From Podarcis liolepis (Eukaryota): a stretch of DNA of 64,000 bases. The stretch lies in the NCBI GenBank assembly GCA_965112155.1, contig OZ218104.1; one strand, 5' to 3'. The notes beneath the pieces were generated by a model. The model was not told the origin of the DNA and did no database searches. It saw only the letters and a list, made by a program, of their open reading frames with translations. Shown here one piece after another: positions 50,461-63,990 of this stretch. The position numbers and the translations under genes are program-made. How positions within the stretch are numbered: position 1 is the first letter of the stretch; each line of letters begins with the position of its first letter.

Positions 50461-50791
50461 CAAATTATTTAACTAAAGTAATAACATTATAGCATATGTA
50501 TCCATGTCTGTTAACTGATATGGTTAAACATTTTTTGTTTTAAAAAAAATTATCAACTGATTTAGCACACATGAAAAAAATTAAACAAATCCTTATTTCC
50601 TGATGAATAGCCTTTGGACTATAATGTAACTTAAATAGAAAACTATCTTTAGAAAGATTTTTCCTCCAAAAGCATTTATATTTTAAACATCCGATTTAAA
50701 TAAAAAAAAATCCGATTTATCAGATTTAAGTAATAAAAAAAATCCATTTTTAAAAAAATTATTTTTAAATCATTGATTTTTATCCACCCTG
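50140..50791. mobile_element. AT-rich DNA transposon end (hAT-like)
   Basis: Terminates ...aaatcattgatttttatccaccctg (TIR-like CAGGGTGGATAAAAATC) with subterminal atccgattt repeats. Confidence 0.6.
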
Positions 50792-53344
50792 CACAGAGTA
50801 GATGCTTTCTGGTGGTTAACATCAAGCATGGGGCCATACATGGAAGGACTATCCCGCAACAACTTATACATATATATTTATTTCAGTAACTTGGTATACA
50901 TCACCCCATTGACTTTGCCACACATTCACTTGAACACAAGTTAAAGCCCCTTTCATGCTCAATAAGGGATGGTTGGAAACTAAGCAAGCAGGGCTGGTGA
51001 GTGCCAATTGTGGCTCCTGCACAGGAGGGCATTTTCTGTTCAGGTGTGATGCTGGAACACAGTGGGGATGTGGAGTGGCCTTGGGTAATCAGGACAGATT
51101 GGGGATCATACTGGTTCACTACCCAGCAGCCCTGGGTAATCCCACTGCCCATTTTGGGACCCACTGTTCTGAACGTTGTGCTTTAATTGCTGAAAGCTGC
51201 CCTGGCTTGGCATGAAGGGCAGGTGAGGAATTTGATGATGGTGGGGAGCATTGACTGGGATGCCTAGATGGACATGGGAGGCAACAAGGCAGGCAGAAGC
51301 AGATGCACATGCGCCACTCAGAGGCCTCAGCCTGGGGGTCGTGGTGTTGGCACAGCAAAAGCTGCCCTTTGAAATCCAAGAGAATCTGCAGAGGCAGAGA
51401 GACGCTGAGCCCATTGACAGTGGCTACCTCCTGCTGCCTACAAAGCTCAGGAGGCCCAGAAGGGCAGCAACTAGGCATGGACATGGCTGTAGTAGAGACT
51501 GCTGGGAACTTCCAGCCACAGGCACCAGCCTCCTGGGCCAGGATGACGACGCATCAGGAACGAAGGACCAGTTGACTAAGCAGCATCAGCCCCTCTCTTC
51601 CTGCAAGCCCTTTGCCAGGAAAAGGGAGAAGAAAGCGCCTCCATCCCCAGTGCTCAAGCCCTGCTGAATACAATGGAATTTCCTTCTGAGTAAATTGTCT
51701 GCAATTGAAGCTAGCCATTTTTGTGGCCTTATCTACAGCAGCTGCCACAAACTGGTGCCCTCTGGCTGTGTGGAGGGCACCAGGTTGGGGAAGTCTGATT
51801 TGCAAGGCTGCCTTAGAAGCCACAACCCCAGACCTAAAATTAACAGATCTGCAGTCTAGAAAACCAGTTCCACAACGAAACGCACGAGTCTGGCAGTGCG
51901 ACCTTATTGCCAAAATAATATAAATCTGAAACTGAGCCACGTTACCTTTCTCTGACCTTTGAACAGCAGAAACTCAAAATCCAATGCACTGTGATGTGCC
52001 TGTGTGTTTGCTCCCCCCCCCGCCAACTGGGTTTAAACAAACGGTGTGTGAGTGTGTGTGAAATCACATGTTTGTTATGATGGCTAAGCTGGTCTCTTCT
52101 CGCTTCTCCAGAGGCCCTCATTCCACTGATTTCCTTGTGTTGCAGCACGGAGCAAGGGCGGCCATCTTTGGCCCTGGGGGCAGGAATTGCTCCATTCAGC
52201 ACGGCCTGCCTTTGCAGCACTCAAATTGTCCTAATCTCGTGCTTTTAACTCTGCACTTAACAGGGTGGGTTTTTTGTCATTTAATTTGTCTTCATATTTC
52301 TGGAGTTCTCAGATACTAATTGCACAGGTATATACATTACCTAAGTATTTCCAGGTGATGCTACTAAGCAACTGAAATGGAATGTGTGTTTGTTTTAATT
52401 AAAAAATATGAGGTTTGCTGTATTTCCCCTTCTACCCTTTTGCCTAACTGCCTGCCCACCCCTTCCATGGTTTGTTCCTATTGTCCTCTAGGAAACTCTT
52501 TACATCGCTGACCTTTACATGAGAACTCCCTAAAGGCTTTCTCCCTCAACTTGAATTGGATCGAGTCCTCCGCAGCCCCTTCTCTATTGAAACAGAACAT
52601 GGCTTCCTCAAGAAAAGCACGTTCCAAGAAACAGGAGTTGTGCGTGCATGTGTGAGAGATGCATCACGATTTAAAAATGAAAAATAAAGCCTTTCAACTT
52701 AAACTTGTTACACTGCACTGCAATCAAGACTCGGAAAGCTGGCTGCTGAGGTTTCCAAGTCCCTCCCGTCCCATTTGCAGGCTACAGATTGGTTTAAAAA
52801 ACATTAGGAATATGTGATAATAAAACAGCAACACAAACACAGAGCATGTCTGCAATTATTTAGCAACTGCCACCAGTGAATTTATCCACCTAGATAAATT
52901 ATCATATGTGTGAGAGTGTGTTCGTAATATGCGCTGAGTTGTTTGTGGGGTTTGGGTTTTTTATTTTTTATTTAAAAATGTCGCCTTTGATGCTGCTAGA
53001 GCCTTCGCAGGTTTTTTCTCTCTCAGAGCAATCACAGTCTGTCATGTAAATCTCCACCCAGGTGTCAATGTGTAATATGGCCTCTTTTGTGTTAGGAAGG
53101 GTGAAAACATGAATGAGAAACCCAGAGGAGACGGCTCCGAGACACCAACGCTCTGATGTGTTGCCTTGTAAAACACAGCATTAGCCTGGCAACTCTAGAA
53201 AGACACTCTTGGGAGAGTTGAGCTCAGAGAGAGGCCAGAACTAGCTCTTGGAACCTCTTTGTGCGCACCACTGAAATGAATGGTGCCTGGATAATGAATG
53301 TGCACAAGTTTAGCAAGGGAGGAATGAATGGGCACCCTCTTGTG

Positions 53345-53543
53345 AACATAGGAAGTTGCCTTAAAAAGAGTCTGATGCTTGGCCTTCCAAGCTCAGCATT
53401 GTCTACACAGGTGGGCAGCAGCTCTCCAGTGGTTCAGAAAAAGAAGCCTTCCCAGCCATACCTAGAGATGCTGCCAGAGACTGGACGTGAGACATTCTGC
53501 ATGCAAAGTGGGTGCTCTACCACCAAGCTATAGCCCTTCCCCA
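53345..53543 (-). mobile_element. tRNA-derived SINE (Squam3-like)
   Basis: Uninterrupted sister of 39500-40021; the gtctacac site is present once. Confidence 0.75.
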
Positions 53544-54050
53544 ATTAAATCTCCACTCATTTCCATGGGATTTGCTTAGGTGTGGGCTCCTGGTGGCCTG
53601 GATGATGCCTCAAGCAGAATGGAGTTCATTCATTTTAACTAGATCCTTGTGGAAAGCATGGTGAAACCCCCTCCCCCCCCCAGATGTGATACTGCTTTTT
53701 AAAGCAAAGGTCTTCAAACCATAACACGGGGTGGCAGGGGGATTCTGGGGTTCCTCAGAAACTTATGAGGGTCTCCTGGATTCTGCAGTTGCAGAAAGTT
53801 TGCGGAATGGTGACGCACCTTCAGTTTAGACTGGGGAACATGATACCCTGTGTAAACCAAATGTGTGTTCTAGAATAGAGGTAGCTGGATTTAGAGAAAG
53901 ACAACATGGCTCCAGAGGTACAGTTGCACAGGTCGGTGTGTGTGTGTTTCTGCAGCAGGCTCCCTGTCTCCAGCATCCTAGTGCCACTCAATCAGCATGA
54001 AAGGGGCGCTTTTTAGCCATGAAGAACTCTTCTCACCCTTTGTGCTGATT

Positions 54051-54225
54051 GAATCATAGAATCATAGAGTTGGAAGAGACCACAAGGGCCATCGAGTCCA
54101 ACCCCCTGCCAAGCAGGAAACACCATCAGAGCACTCCTGACATATGGTTGTCAAGCCTCTGCTTAAAGACCTCCAAAGAAGGAGACTCCACCACACTCCT
54201 TGGCAGCAAATTCCACTGTCGAACA
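54051..54225 (-). mobile_element. CR1 LINE 3' end, young subfamily
   Basis: gaatcatagaatcatagagttggaagagacc...; near-identical to 15294-15454. Confidence 0.85.
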
Positions 54226-55369
54226 TATTGGAGGACTCCAAATCATTTGCTTATGTACGTGCACAGAAAATGGTAGATCTAGCTGAGTGGCCACACATGG
54301 AGATCTATACTGATCATTGCAATGCACCCCAAATTATTATTATTGTATAATCTTAGAAGGTTGTCTCATCATGTCTGCAGAGATCTTTGTAACACAGAGT
54401 TGGTCTGCCAATGGGTCTGGTGCCTGAAGCCAGAGCAGAGCCTGCCATCTTCCATTCTGTAGACATGACCAAGCCAGCGTCTCCATTGTCTCCCAAGACA
54501 GATAAGACAACAACAATGAGAAGATTGTATAATCTTAGAAGCGGGTGTGGTTATGAGGGTGTGTGGCTGTGACTATCACAAAGGGACTCTGCACTGATGA
54601 ATCTTACACTACACGGCTACATGTTGCCTTGTCCCCATTCCATCTGCAGAAGCCAAGTAGACTGGGAGTTAGCTCTTACTTCAACTGCTGGTGATAGGAC
54701 AGCTTTTTCACTACATCTGAGATCAGGATAACATGGGGGCAGAACAAAGGCAGTCTGCACATAACAGCACATACAGCTCTGACCCCTTCAAAGGGAAACA
54801 GCCATGGGTGGGACCAGCTCAGGAAGAATGCCTGGGCAGGGGGGGGGGGGCTACCGCTTCTGTCCCCTTCATACCCCGAGGCAGTAACCTCAATCTGCCT
54901 AGTGATAGGACCCATCCTAACCCTAGAAACCTCTGCACCATCCATGGTCCTACAGCAGACCCATTTACCTGCCTGACAGGTAAATGGAGAAATGTTTCCC
55001 AAAGGTAGAAACTTTGATAGCCACCACTTTAAATGAGGAAAGCAGAAATGTTGAAATTTCAGCTCTGGTGCTTTATGTTACAATTATTATTATTTATGTA
55101 GCACGTAATAATAATAATAACATTATTATAAAAGAACACAAAGACACCAAAAAAATGTAACAGAGGAAAAAGTAATTCAGAGTTGTAGCATAAAGGAATA
55201 ACCAATGTAGCAAATTACTATCTTTACATGGCACTTTTGAGAGCTCAAGGTGGTTCATGCCCTTTATCTAGGTAAAACTTTAAAACAGTCTTGTAAGGCA
55301 GATCCATATTATCATCTTCACCTTGGAGATGGGGGTAGATTTAGCTATGGCTCAACTAAGATCATCTTG

Positions 55370-55765
55370 GGAATTTCACATTAAACCATAGCTGAAAACA
55401 AACTATTAGTTGGTCGTGAATGAGCAGTGCGCTGGTGCAGGCTGCTCAAAAGTTCCCACAGCGCTGCTCCCCTGCCATACCACAGACAAAACAAACCTTT
55501 TTCTGCTGTCCAAACCCAGGCTTGTGCTTTGCTTGGATGAAACAATGAACGGCAAGCTGAGAACGAACCCTGTGGTTTATTTGGAGTGACACAAACCACA
55601 AGCCTGGATGACACAACATGCCAGATTGTGGCTTGTTTCATCCACTGCACAGCAGCAACTGGGGAGACGTGCTGTGGGAGCTTCTGAGCGGCGCATATCT
55701 GTACGCTCCCCCTTCACATCATAGCTTGTTTTAAACCATGGTTTAACGTGATGTGTGAAGTAGGC
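55370..55765. mobile_element. Old foldback MITE
   Basis: Inverted arms ttaaaccatag..aaacaaacta / tagcttgtttt..ccatggtttaa and agttcccacagc / gctgtgggagct. Confidence 0.55.
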
Positions 55766-55789
55766 CAGAATGTTGACTGATGGATAAGA

Positions 55790-56105
55790 ATGTAGGGAGG
55801 AGCCTGCCAGATTAGGCTAGTGGCCCATCTAGTCCAGCATCCTGTTCTCACAGTGGCCAACCAGATCACAAGCAGGATGTGAGCACAATAGTACTTCCCC
55901 TTTCTGTAGTTTCCAGCAACAGGTTTTCAGAAGCATTTACTGCCTCTGGCTGTGGAGACAGAGCACAGCTATCGTGGCTAGTGGCTGTTGATAGCCTCCT
56001 CCTCCACTATATTGGTGGCCAGCACTGCCTCTTGTGGGAGGCAGTTCCGTAGTTTTAACTCTTCATTGAATGAAGTAGTACTTTCTTTCATCTGCCCTGA
56101 ATCTT
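55790..56105 (-). mobile_element. CR1-type 3' fragment
   Basis: ggcccatctagtccagcatcctgttctcacagtggccaaccagat. Confidence 0.78.
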
Positions 56106-57651
56106 CCGGCAGATTCTTAGTTTCTTAGCGACTGAATCGGAAGAAGCGATGGCTTGGACCAGAGGTTTAAACTTGTGGGTCCCCAGTTGTCCTTCGTGCT
56201 GAGCAGTGGCCAGATGGAGTCTAACAACATCTGGATGAGCAGTGGTCCCTTACGATGATAAGCTTGGCATTCTTGACATGAAAAGTAGCTTCACTTGCTA
56301 TTAATGCAATGGAACTAGCTTCTTTAAAAATCTGGTCAAACCAGCCAAACTGTGCTTTGATTGTGACACAATTAATTCATTCCTGGCGAAGTACGATAAG
56401 CCAACCTGGCGTGTTTTGGCAAAACAGCCCGACAAAGATGGTACGTTATGGGGAACAGACTGAGGGATGGACCTGTTCATTCACATTCAAAATGTGTTTT
56501 GAATATTCCAGTCATCAGTTATGGGTTACCAGGCAGTACACCCTCTTCCTCTAGAGTAGCTCACTCTCAATTTTGAGGAAATTAGCAAAAACTGTTTGGG
56601 AACCTGATTTTATTTAATTAATTTATATACCACCCTTCATGTGAAGATCTCAGGGCAGTTCATAACTGGAGACAGCTGTTATTGATATTTACTGCCTATT
56701 TATTAATTGCTTTGTTTTACTGAATTGTGGTTCTATTTCCATATATTTTCAGAAAATGATGGACTAAATATGTGAGGTTGGTTAGGGGAATTTCATCCTG
56801 ATATGCCAAGTGGTAGTGCCTTTATGCTGTATGATCTAATAACAGGTAACAACTGGAAGATCTGATTAACAGAAATCAGGTAAAATGGAGAAAGGCCCTC
56901 AGCACTCTAAATATTATATTTGCAGCAAACATCTGACAATAACATTGAGATTTGCAACAATAATAACATTGAGATTATGGACTAACTAACATCTCTGAAG
57001 GCATTATGAATGGATCAATAAAGTATAAGGGGCCAATTGCCTGTGCTTTATAAATCATTATGAGAGGCAGAAGACACAGAAAACAGAGCGAAGCAGATGT
57101 GAGAGGGAAGTCTGATTTCTTGCTGCAATCCTGCATGCACACTCCTGGAAATAAGCTGCACTGCACAAAGTGGGAGTTACTTTTAAGTAAACATGCATAG
57201 GGTCACACTGGGGCTGGGCCACCATTACAGGATAGGTGCCCATCACAGTAAACCATTAGTGCCCATCACAGTAAACTGTGGTCAATGGGATACACCAAAC
57301 ACAGAGATCCTTTCCGAGAGCAACATACCATTTGCTCAGATAAATCATGACTGGCAAGCCAAGTATAAACCTTGACTTAATGTTGTGGTTTGGCAGAAGA
57401 AAAACAAAGCACAACCCCCGGTTCAGATGTAATGCTAAGCCAGGAGTCATAGTCTTTCACTCTGATGGTAAATTACTAACCATTGTTTACTGTGACGTAA
57501 AAATGCTGTCTTTGTATGAAAGGTAATACATGTAAGATTTAACGTTATTTATTATTATTACTACCTTAGCTCACTGTTCGCTTTCAGGCTGATGAATTCT
57601 TTAAAAATAGAATTTCATGAGTTTGCCATTTAGAGGGATTAGGGAATGACT

Positions 57652-57771
57652 GGGCTGTATCTGCAGCCAGGTCTACTCAGGGTAGATCCATTGAAAGCAA
57701 CGGACATGAATAACATTGATTCCGTAATTCCAGCAGGTCTACCCTGAGTAGAACATAGCTGCATACAGCCC
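57652..57771. mobile_element. Short palindromic MITE
   Basis: Ends gggctgtat / atacagccc; inner arms tctactcagggtaga / tctaccctgagtaga. Confidence 0.7.
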
Positions 57772-58574
57772 TACATTATAATTTATTATACACTGCCGTT
57801 GTTGTGCACAATGCCTGACAGAGTACATGAGTCAGGTCCTAGCTCTAAGGGGCCTACAATCTAAAATTTGACACAAGGGAAACCACAGAGAAAGGGAGGA
57901 GAGGTGGAGATAGAGGTAATGAAGGGAAGGGTGGGCAATTATTTCAGTTACACATGCTTAAAAAATATTAAATACTAAATAAAACTATTGGACGTAAAAC
58001 ACCTTTCAAGACCAGGAGCAAGCCATCTCTTTTAAGGGTTTTGATAAATCCAAAAACCCAAGATTTACTTGGGACTTTACTGGAAAGATAATTTCCTGTC
58101 CTATGCAAGTTTACTTGTAAGTAAGACCTAAGGAGTTCAGTAAGAGTTATTCCTGGATGAGTATATATAAGGACTGCAGCTACAGGCAATGCATCTGTCC
58201 CCAGTGGGGAAAATAAAAATCCCACTCAACTCAGCAGGGCTTAATTACAAGTAGTTCAGGCTGGATATTTTTAACTGTCAAGGCACTCTAACTGATATTT
58301 AGGTTATAATGGAGATGGTGAACAATGGAGGTGAGGATGCGGGAGGAAAGTTAAGTGCCCCGGACCTGGATCAAGACCTGCATGTATTCCAGTTTTACTT
58401 CCCAGAGGGCTTTTTCCTTATTGCCCAATTAAGTGCATGTGCGTAAGAACTTAAAAAAGTAAGGAGAATCCCTCCCACCTTATTTCTTCAAACAGACGCC
58501 TTCACCAACCACATAGGAACCTTAAGCATTGTTACCTTTCTTTCAGTCTGCAAAAGCTGGTGACAGACTCATTG

Positions 58575-58800
58575 AATCGTAGAGTGGAAAGGGACCTCCT
58601 GGATCATCTAGTCCAACCCCCTGCAATGCAGGAATCACACCTGAAGATGCCCTGGCAGACGGCCAGTCAACCTCTGCTTAATGAAGGAGAGTCCACTGCC
58701 TTCTGAAGGAGTCCGTTCCACTGTTGAACAGCTCTGATGGCCAGAAAGTTCTTCCTATACTTTAGTAAAAAAATCTCCTTTCTTGTCATTTAAACCCACT
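58575..58800 (-). mobile_element. CR1 3' fragment (older)
   Basis: atcatctagtccaaccccctgcaatgcaggaat...aaagttcttcct. Confidence 0.75.
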
Positions 58801-59627
58801 GTAGGTCTCAATGAAAATGAGTTGGCTTCCATCTTGGTCATGAAAGGTGTTGCTAAGAAGCTTAGTCTCTGTGACATTTTAAATATCTTCTAGCAACTAC
58901 ATATTTATCTGGGAAGGTGAACCAAGCCAAGGTTTAGGGGACGCAGGCAAGACCATTCTTTAGAATGAGTGTGGTGAGCCACTGGTCCTCTTGCTGTTAC
59001 TGAACTACAATGCCCATCAACCTCAGCAAGAACAGCCAAGAATGATGGGAGTTGTAGTCCAAAAACATCTGGAGGGCCAAAGGTTCCCCACATCTGCTTC
59101 TGCGTTATTAACAGGAGTGACTCTTGTCTGTTGTGCCAAGAGGTATGAGAAAACCTCAGGATAGGCTGAGGTCTCCCTCCCTCCCTGGTTCCTGATACAA
59201 AGCCAGCCAAAGTGTGTATCTGCTAATTGGCTGTCATAGAGCTCTGGTGGAGAACAGAAGAAGAGCCTGCTGGGTCAGGCCAATGCCCCATCTATTCCAG
59301 CATCCTGTTCTTGCAGTGTGGCCAACCTGTGAGGAATGTGAAAGGATTCAAGCTCAAGAAACCTCTCCCCGTCCTGTGGTTTCCAGCAACTGGTATTCAG
59401 GAGCATTGTTGCTTCCTAAGAGAAGATGCTTGCCTGAAGACCCTATTTGCATACCACACACCTTTGTGATCACCACCCATGAGAAGCCTGAAGTCCTGCA
59501 AGTCCTCTCTCCCTCCACCCCTGTTCTAGGAAAACCCCTTCTCTCGTATTTCCGAACTCTGGAGGACCAAACCCCAAACATAAAACAATGTTGAGGCCTT
59601 GTAGACCGCAAGCAGTTTGTTTGTTTA

Positions 59628-59845
59628 CAGTGGTACCTTGGGTTAAGAACTTAATTTGTTCTGGGGGTCCGTTCTTAACCTGAAACTCTTCTTAACCTGA
59701 AGCACCACTTTAGCTAATGGGGCCTCCTGCTGCTGCTGCCGCGCGATTTCTGTTCTCATCCTGAAGCAAAGTTCTTAACTAGAGGTACTATTTCTGGGTT
59801 AGTGGAGTCTGTAACCTGAAGTGTCTGTAACCCGAGGTACCACTG
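59628..59845 (-). mobile_element. Tigger/pogo-like MITE (reverse of 8798-9023)
   Basis: TIRs cagtggtacct / gaggtaccactg with TA TSD. Confidence 0.9.
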
Positions 59846-59849
59846 TACT

Positions 59850-60061
59850 GCATTTATGTGTCACCTTTCCCCCTCCAAAGTGTGCAGGGAGGTGTACATG
59901 ATTCTCCTCCTCCTCATTTAATCCCCACAACAACCCTGTGAACTAGGTCAAGCTGAGAGACAGTGACTGGCCCAAGGTCAGCCCAGTGAGCTTCATAGCT
60001 GAGTGGGGATTTGAACCCTGGTCTGCCTAGTCCCATACTCTACCCACTACACCATACTGGC
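59850..60061 (-). mobile_element. tRNA-derived CORE/MIR-like SINE
   Basis: acaaccctgtg...gactggcccaaggtca...gggatttgaaccc...cactacaccatactggc. Confidence 0.8.
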
Positions 60062-62463
60062 TTTGTTCCACCTCCCTGCACCCCTAATTTTCCTTTGCCC
60101 CCCTCAGTACTTATCAATTTTATACTTAATCAGTTAAGGCTCAAGGGGACCCAGTAAAGAATAGGTTCCCCTCAGCTCCATGTCACAGAGGAGATTCCTT
60201 TGCCTTGAAGTCCAAGTTGGCTTTCACCTTTAGATGATCAGGGCGAGAAGTCAAGAGAATCCTGGGGTATTTCGGCTACCTAATTCTAAGGGAGACTGCT
60301 AAGTGGTTCCTCTTGTTGCCCTTGCATCTGGGAAGTATATCAATGCCTCTAAGAGCCACTGAAAGAGGATACAAACATATGCTCCCCTCTGGAATAGGCA
60401 AAATATCTGGCTCTTCCTCTCTCACCTGCTGCTAACCCATTCTTTACCTCTCAGTCTACCTCACTAATGAGATTTCCCACGCTACCCTGGTTAGATGTAC
60501 TTTGCACCTAGAACGTTTTTACTTCTCCAATTTGCTGGCTTTTATGCCCACTGTACATTTCCCCTCCTCTTCCTTATTTGGCTAAAGGGTCACTGCTCTC
60601 TCCTTTTGAATTATCCTCAAATCGCTGCTGCTTCCCCATTCTTTCTCTCTCACCTTTTGCTTCTTAACTTCAAGCACCCCTACCTCTGGAGTTCAAACGA
60701 CAGAGCTGCCAATTGGGTTCAATGCTCTGTATGCGTTACTATTTTTATTGCATTGGTTGCTGTTATGATCATCATTAAGAATATCTTTTCGTTGCATTAC
60801 TCCAAAACGACTCAAAGCAACTTACAATCACAACAGAAATATTAAAAGCCATTGCAATAAATGCAATTGACAAAAGCCTAAAAAAATCTAAACGGACACA
60901 TCTATACAGACAAAAGGCAGGTCTAGAAGATCCTTTGCCACCAAAAAAGACCAAATTCACATAAAAGCCCCTTCACCTAAGGGCCAAAACAAATGCCCAG
61001 GTAAACAGAGAAGTTTTTGCCTGGTGCCTAAACTAGACAAAGAGGTCACCAGGAGAGTCTCCCTGGGGAAAGAATTCTACAAGAGGGGAGTCACCACTGA
61101 GAAGGTGCTTTATACCAGGGGTGGGGAACGTTGTTGGATTCCAACTCCCATAAGTTCCAGCCATCGAGGTCAATGGTCAGGGATGGTGGGGCTTGGAAGC
61201 CCAGCAAGATCTGGATTGCTGGAGGGATCTCATTTTCTCCTCACAGCAACCCTGTGAGGTGGGCTAGGGTGAGAGAGTATGGCTTGCCCAAGGATGGATT
61301 TGAATGCAGAGCTCGCTGGGACAAGCCCACATCCAACCCGACAAGGGTAAGAAGTGTGACCTGCCTTGAAGGTTTGTTCCCTAAGATAACGTTATCTCAC
61401 AAACATCCTAAGAGGTTATTATTATTATTATTATTATTATTAATTTCATAAAAATTTATACACTGCTTAATGGAGGGGGTGGTTAACCATCAAAGCAGCA
61501 GCTTACAAAAAACAACAACAAAAAAACCAGTAAAATAATCAATAAGAAAAAACTAACAGCAGTAATTAAGATTACAACAGACTAAAAAAGACTGGCGCTT
61601 GCATCAACTTTCTCAACACCTCCGTAGGCTTCTCTAAATGAAAAAGCTTTTAGCAGGTCATGACAAGAGTACAGTGAAGGTACTTGCCTGATGTCAATAG
61701 GCAGGGAGTTCCAAAGTTTTTACAAATGCAGAATGGGTATTTTGTGGCACCTATATCAGTTCCAGTACAACTGCTGAAGAGGTTAAGTGGGCATATATGG
61801 GGTAAGGCGATGTCGTAGGTATCGTGTGAGAAAGATTCATCCTTCATCGTTTAGCTCCCAATAACAAACGCAAAGTACAGAGTGGGTAACGTGCAACATA
61901 TTTTGCTAATGTATCAAGAGAACAAAGGAAGTACACAAACCACTTCTGAACTTCTATGAACTCTTAGGTTGCTACACTTAGTGCAAACATCAAATTACAT
62001 TGTCAGTAAGTCTGCTACTTAGCCATCATGCAAAGACAGGAAGGGAGTATCAGTGCCCTGTGATTCCCTCTTAAACCTCCCTCTCTCTACTCAAAAACTG
62101 GGCCCAGTTCCCACTTTGGAACCAAGAAAAAAAAGGGGGGAGCCTCTAGGGAAGAATCAGTGGAAGGGTTAAGCTCCCCCTGCACTGCCACCACCAATTT
62201 GGCCCTGCAAATGCCCTTCCTGCTGCTACCCATGAATATTAAGATACAGCGTCCTGCTAGGGTGTGTCATTTTAGGGGATGAAATTTAATTTTTGCAAAT
62301 TTCTTCAGTGAGGAGTCTGGCTATTCAAATCTGCTATTATTGTTGTGATTGGACAACATTTAGCTTGGTAAATCTATGTTTGATTAAAAAGCATATTAAC
62401 TGCTCTTGGAAAACCAAAGCATTTTCATTATACCTTTTGAAATGTCGAGTAATATTAAATAAT

Positions 62464-62518
62464 TAATATAATATAATATAATATAATATAATATAATATA
62501 ATATAATATAATATAATA
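62464..62518. repeat. (TAATA)n microsatellite
   Basis: About 11 pentamer units. Confidence 0.9.
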
Positions 62519-63354
62519 CTGCAAGTTCTTGGCTATCATTTGTAATGATTTATATGCAATTTTACACACATTTTACTAATCAAGCAAAGCTAAATTAAAA
62601 TTAATGTAATCAAAATATCTTTTGAATTCCCAAGTCATATTACAACTTTTTAAAACCTCTCGTTTTTGGAATTTGAAAGTTGAAAAATTCAGCATGCCCT
62701 AGGTCCCACTCCCTGTTGCCATTTCTCTGACTGTGATATTCAGACAAACAGATCATCCTCTTTGACTGGTCCTCCCCCAGAGGTTTGTACTGTAAACTTA
62801 GTAGTTGTGATTCTTTCATTGCAAGGGATTGGACTAGATGATCCTTGGGAGTCCCTTCCAACTCTACAATTCTATGATTCACCACACCTAAATTAAACTT
62901 AGGAATTAATTTTCCTCAAGTCTCATTTTTCCATGTTTCATACTCGTTTCTCTTCAACAATTCCAGTGTGGATAATACTTTAAATATTTCCAGTTGTTAT
63001 TTTCCCTCCTTTCTTTCTTCTCTCTCCCCACTCCCGCTTTTTCCTTTAATCATGAAACAGATGTTTGGGGCTGCAGCACTTTCTCTGAACTTCTGCGTAC
63101 ATAATATCAGCGGCTTCCAAACCTTCTGCCTTCAAGCAATTCTTCCAACATTGGCTTTGCAGCTAATGGACATGGACAGCATTCTGCCGGTGATTATGGG
63201 AATCCTGCAGGCTGCCTTACACTAAATCAGACCATAGGCCCATTAGGCTCAGGACTGACCGCACTGACAAGCAGCCGCCCTCCAGGAAAAGGCCTTCTCC
63301 AGCTCTACAGGGAGATGATGGAGGCTGAACCTTGGACCTTCTGTACAACCAAGC

Positions 63355-63990
63355 ATAAGAACACAAGAACATTCCTGCTGATTAGGCCTGGCCCATCTAC
63401 TCTAGTCCAGCATCCTGTTCCTATAGTGGCCAACCAGATGCCTGAGGGAAACCCACAAACAGTACACGAGAACAAGATCCCTCTCTCCTCCTGCGGTTTC
63501 CAGCTACTGGTATTCTGAGGCATTGAGGTCTCCAACTGCAGAGGTAGAGCATAACCATCATGGCTAGTAGCCGTTGGTGGCTCTGTCTTCCATGCATTTG
63601 TCTAATCCTGTTTAAAGCCATCCAAGATGGTGGCCATCACTGCTCCCGAGGGAGCCAGTTCCATAGTTTGCGGAGTGAAGCAGTACTTTCTTTTCTCTGT
63701 CCTTTATCTTCCAACATTCACCTTCATTGGATGTCCACAAGTCCTTGTGTTATGAGGGAGAAGAACTTTTCTCTATCCACTTCCTAAGTGCCATACACAA
63801 CTTCATAAACCTCTACCATGTTGCCTCTTCCTCGCCTTTTCTCTAAACTAAAAAGTCCCAAATGCTGAAACCTATCTTTATAAGGGAGTCACTCCATCAC
63901 CTTTATGTTAATTTTTTCATTCATTCACCTTCATCATTTGGGTTGCCCTTTGAAGCTTTTTCAGCTCTGCAATATCCTTTTTTAGGTGAG
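63355..63990 (-). mobile_element. CR1-type LINE 3' fragment
   Basis: ataagaacacaagaac tail, ctagtccagcatcctgttc...tctaatcctgtttaaagccatccaag...gttccatagttt. Confidence 0.8.

Noticed and set aside
51251-51667. 138-aa GC-rich plus-strand ORF and overlapping ORFs
   Set aside because: No recognisable domain or exon structure; the length is expected by chance in GC-rich sequence.
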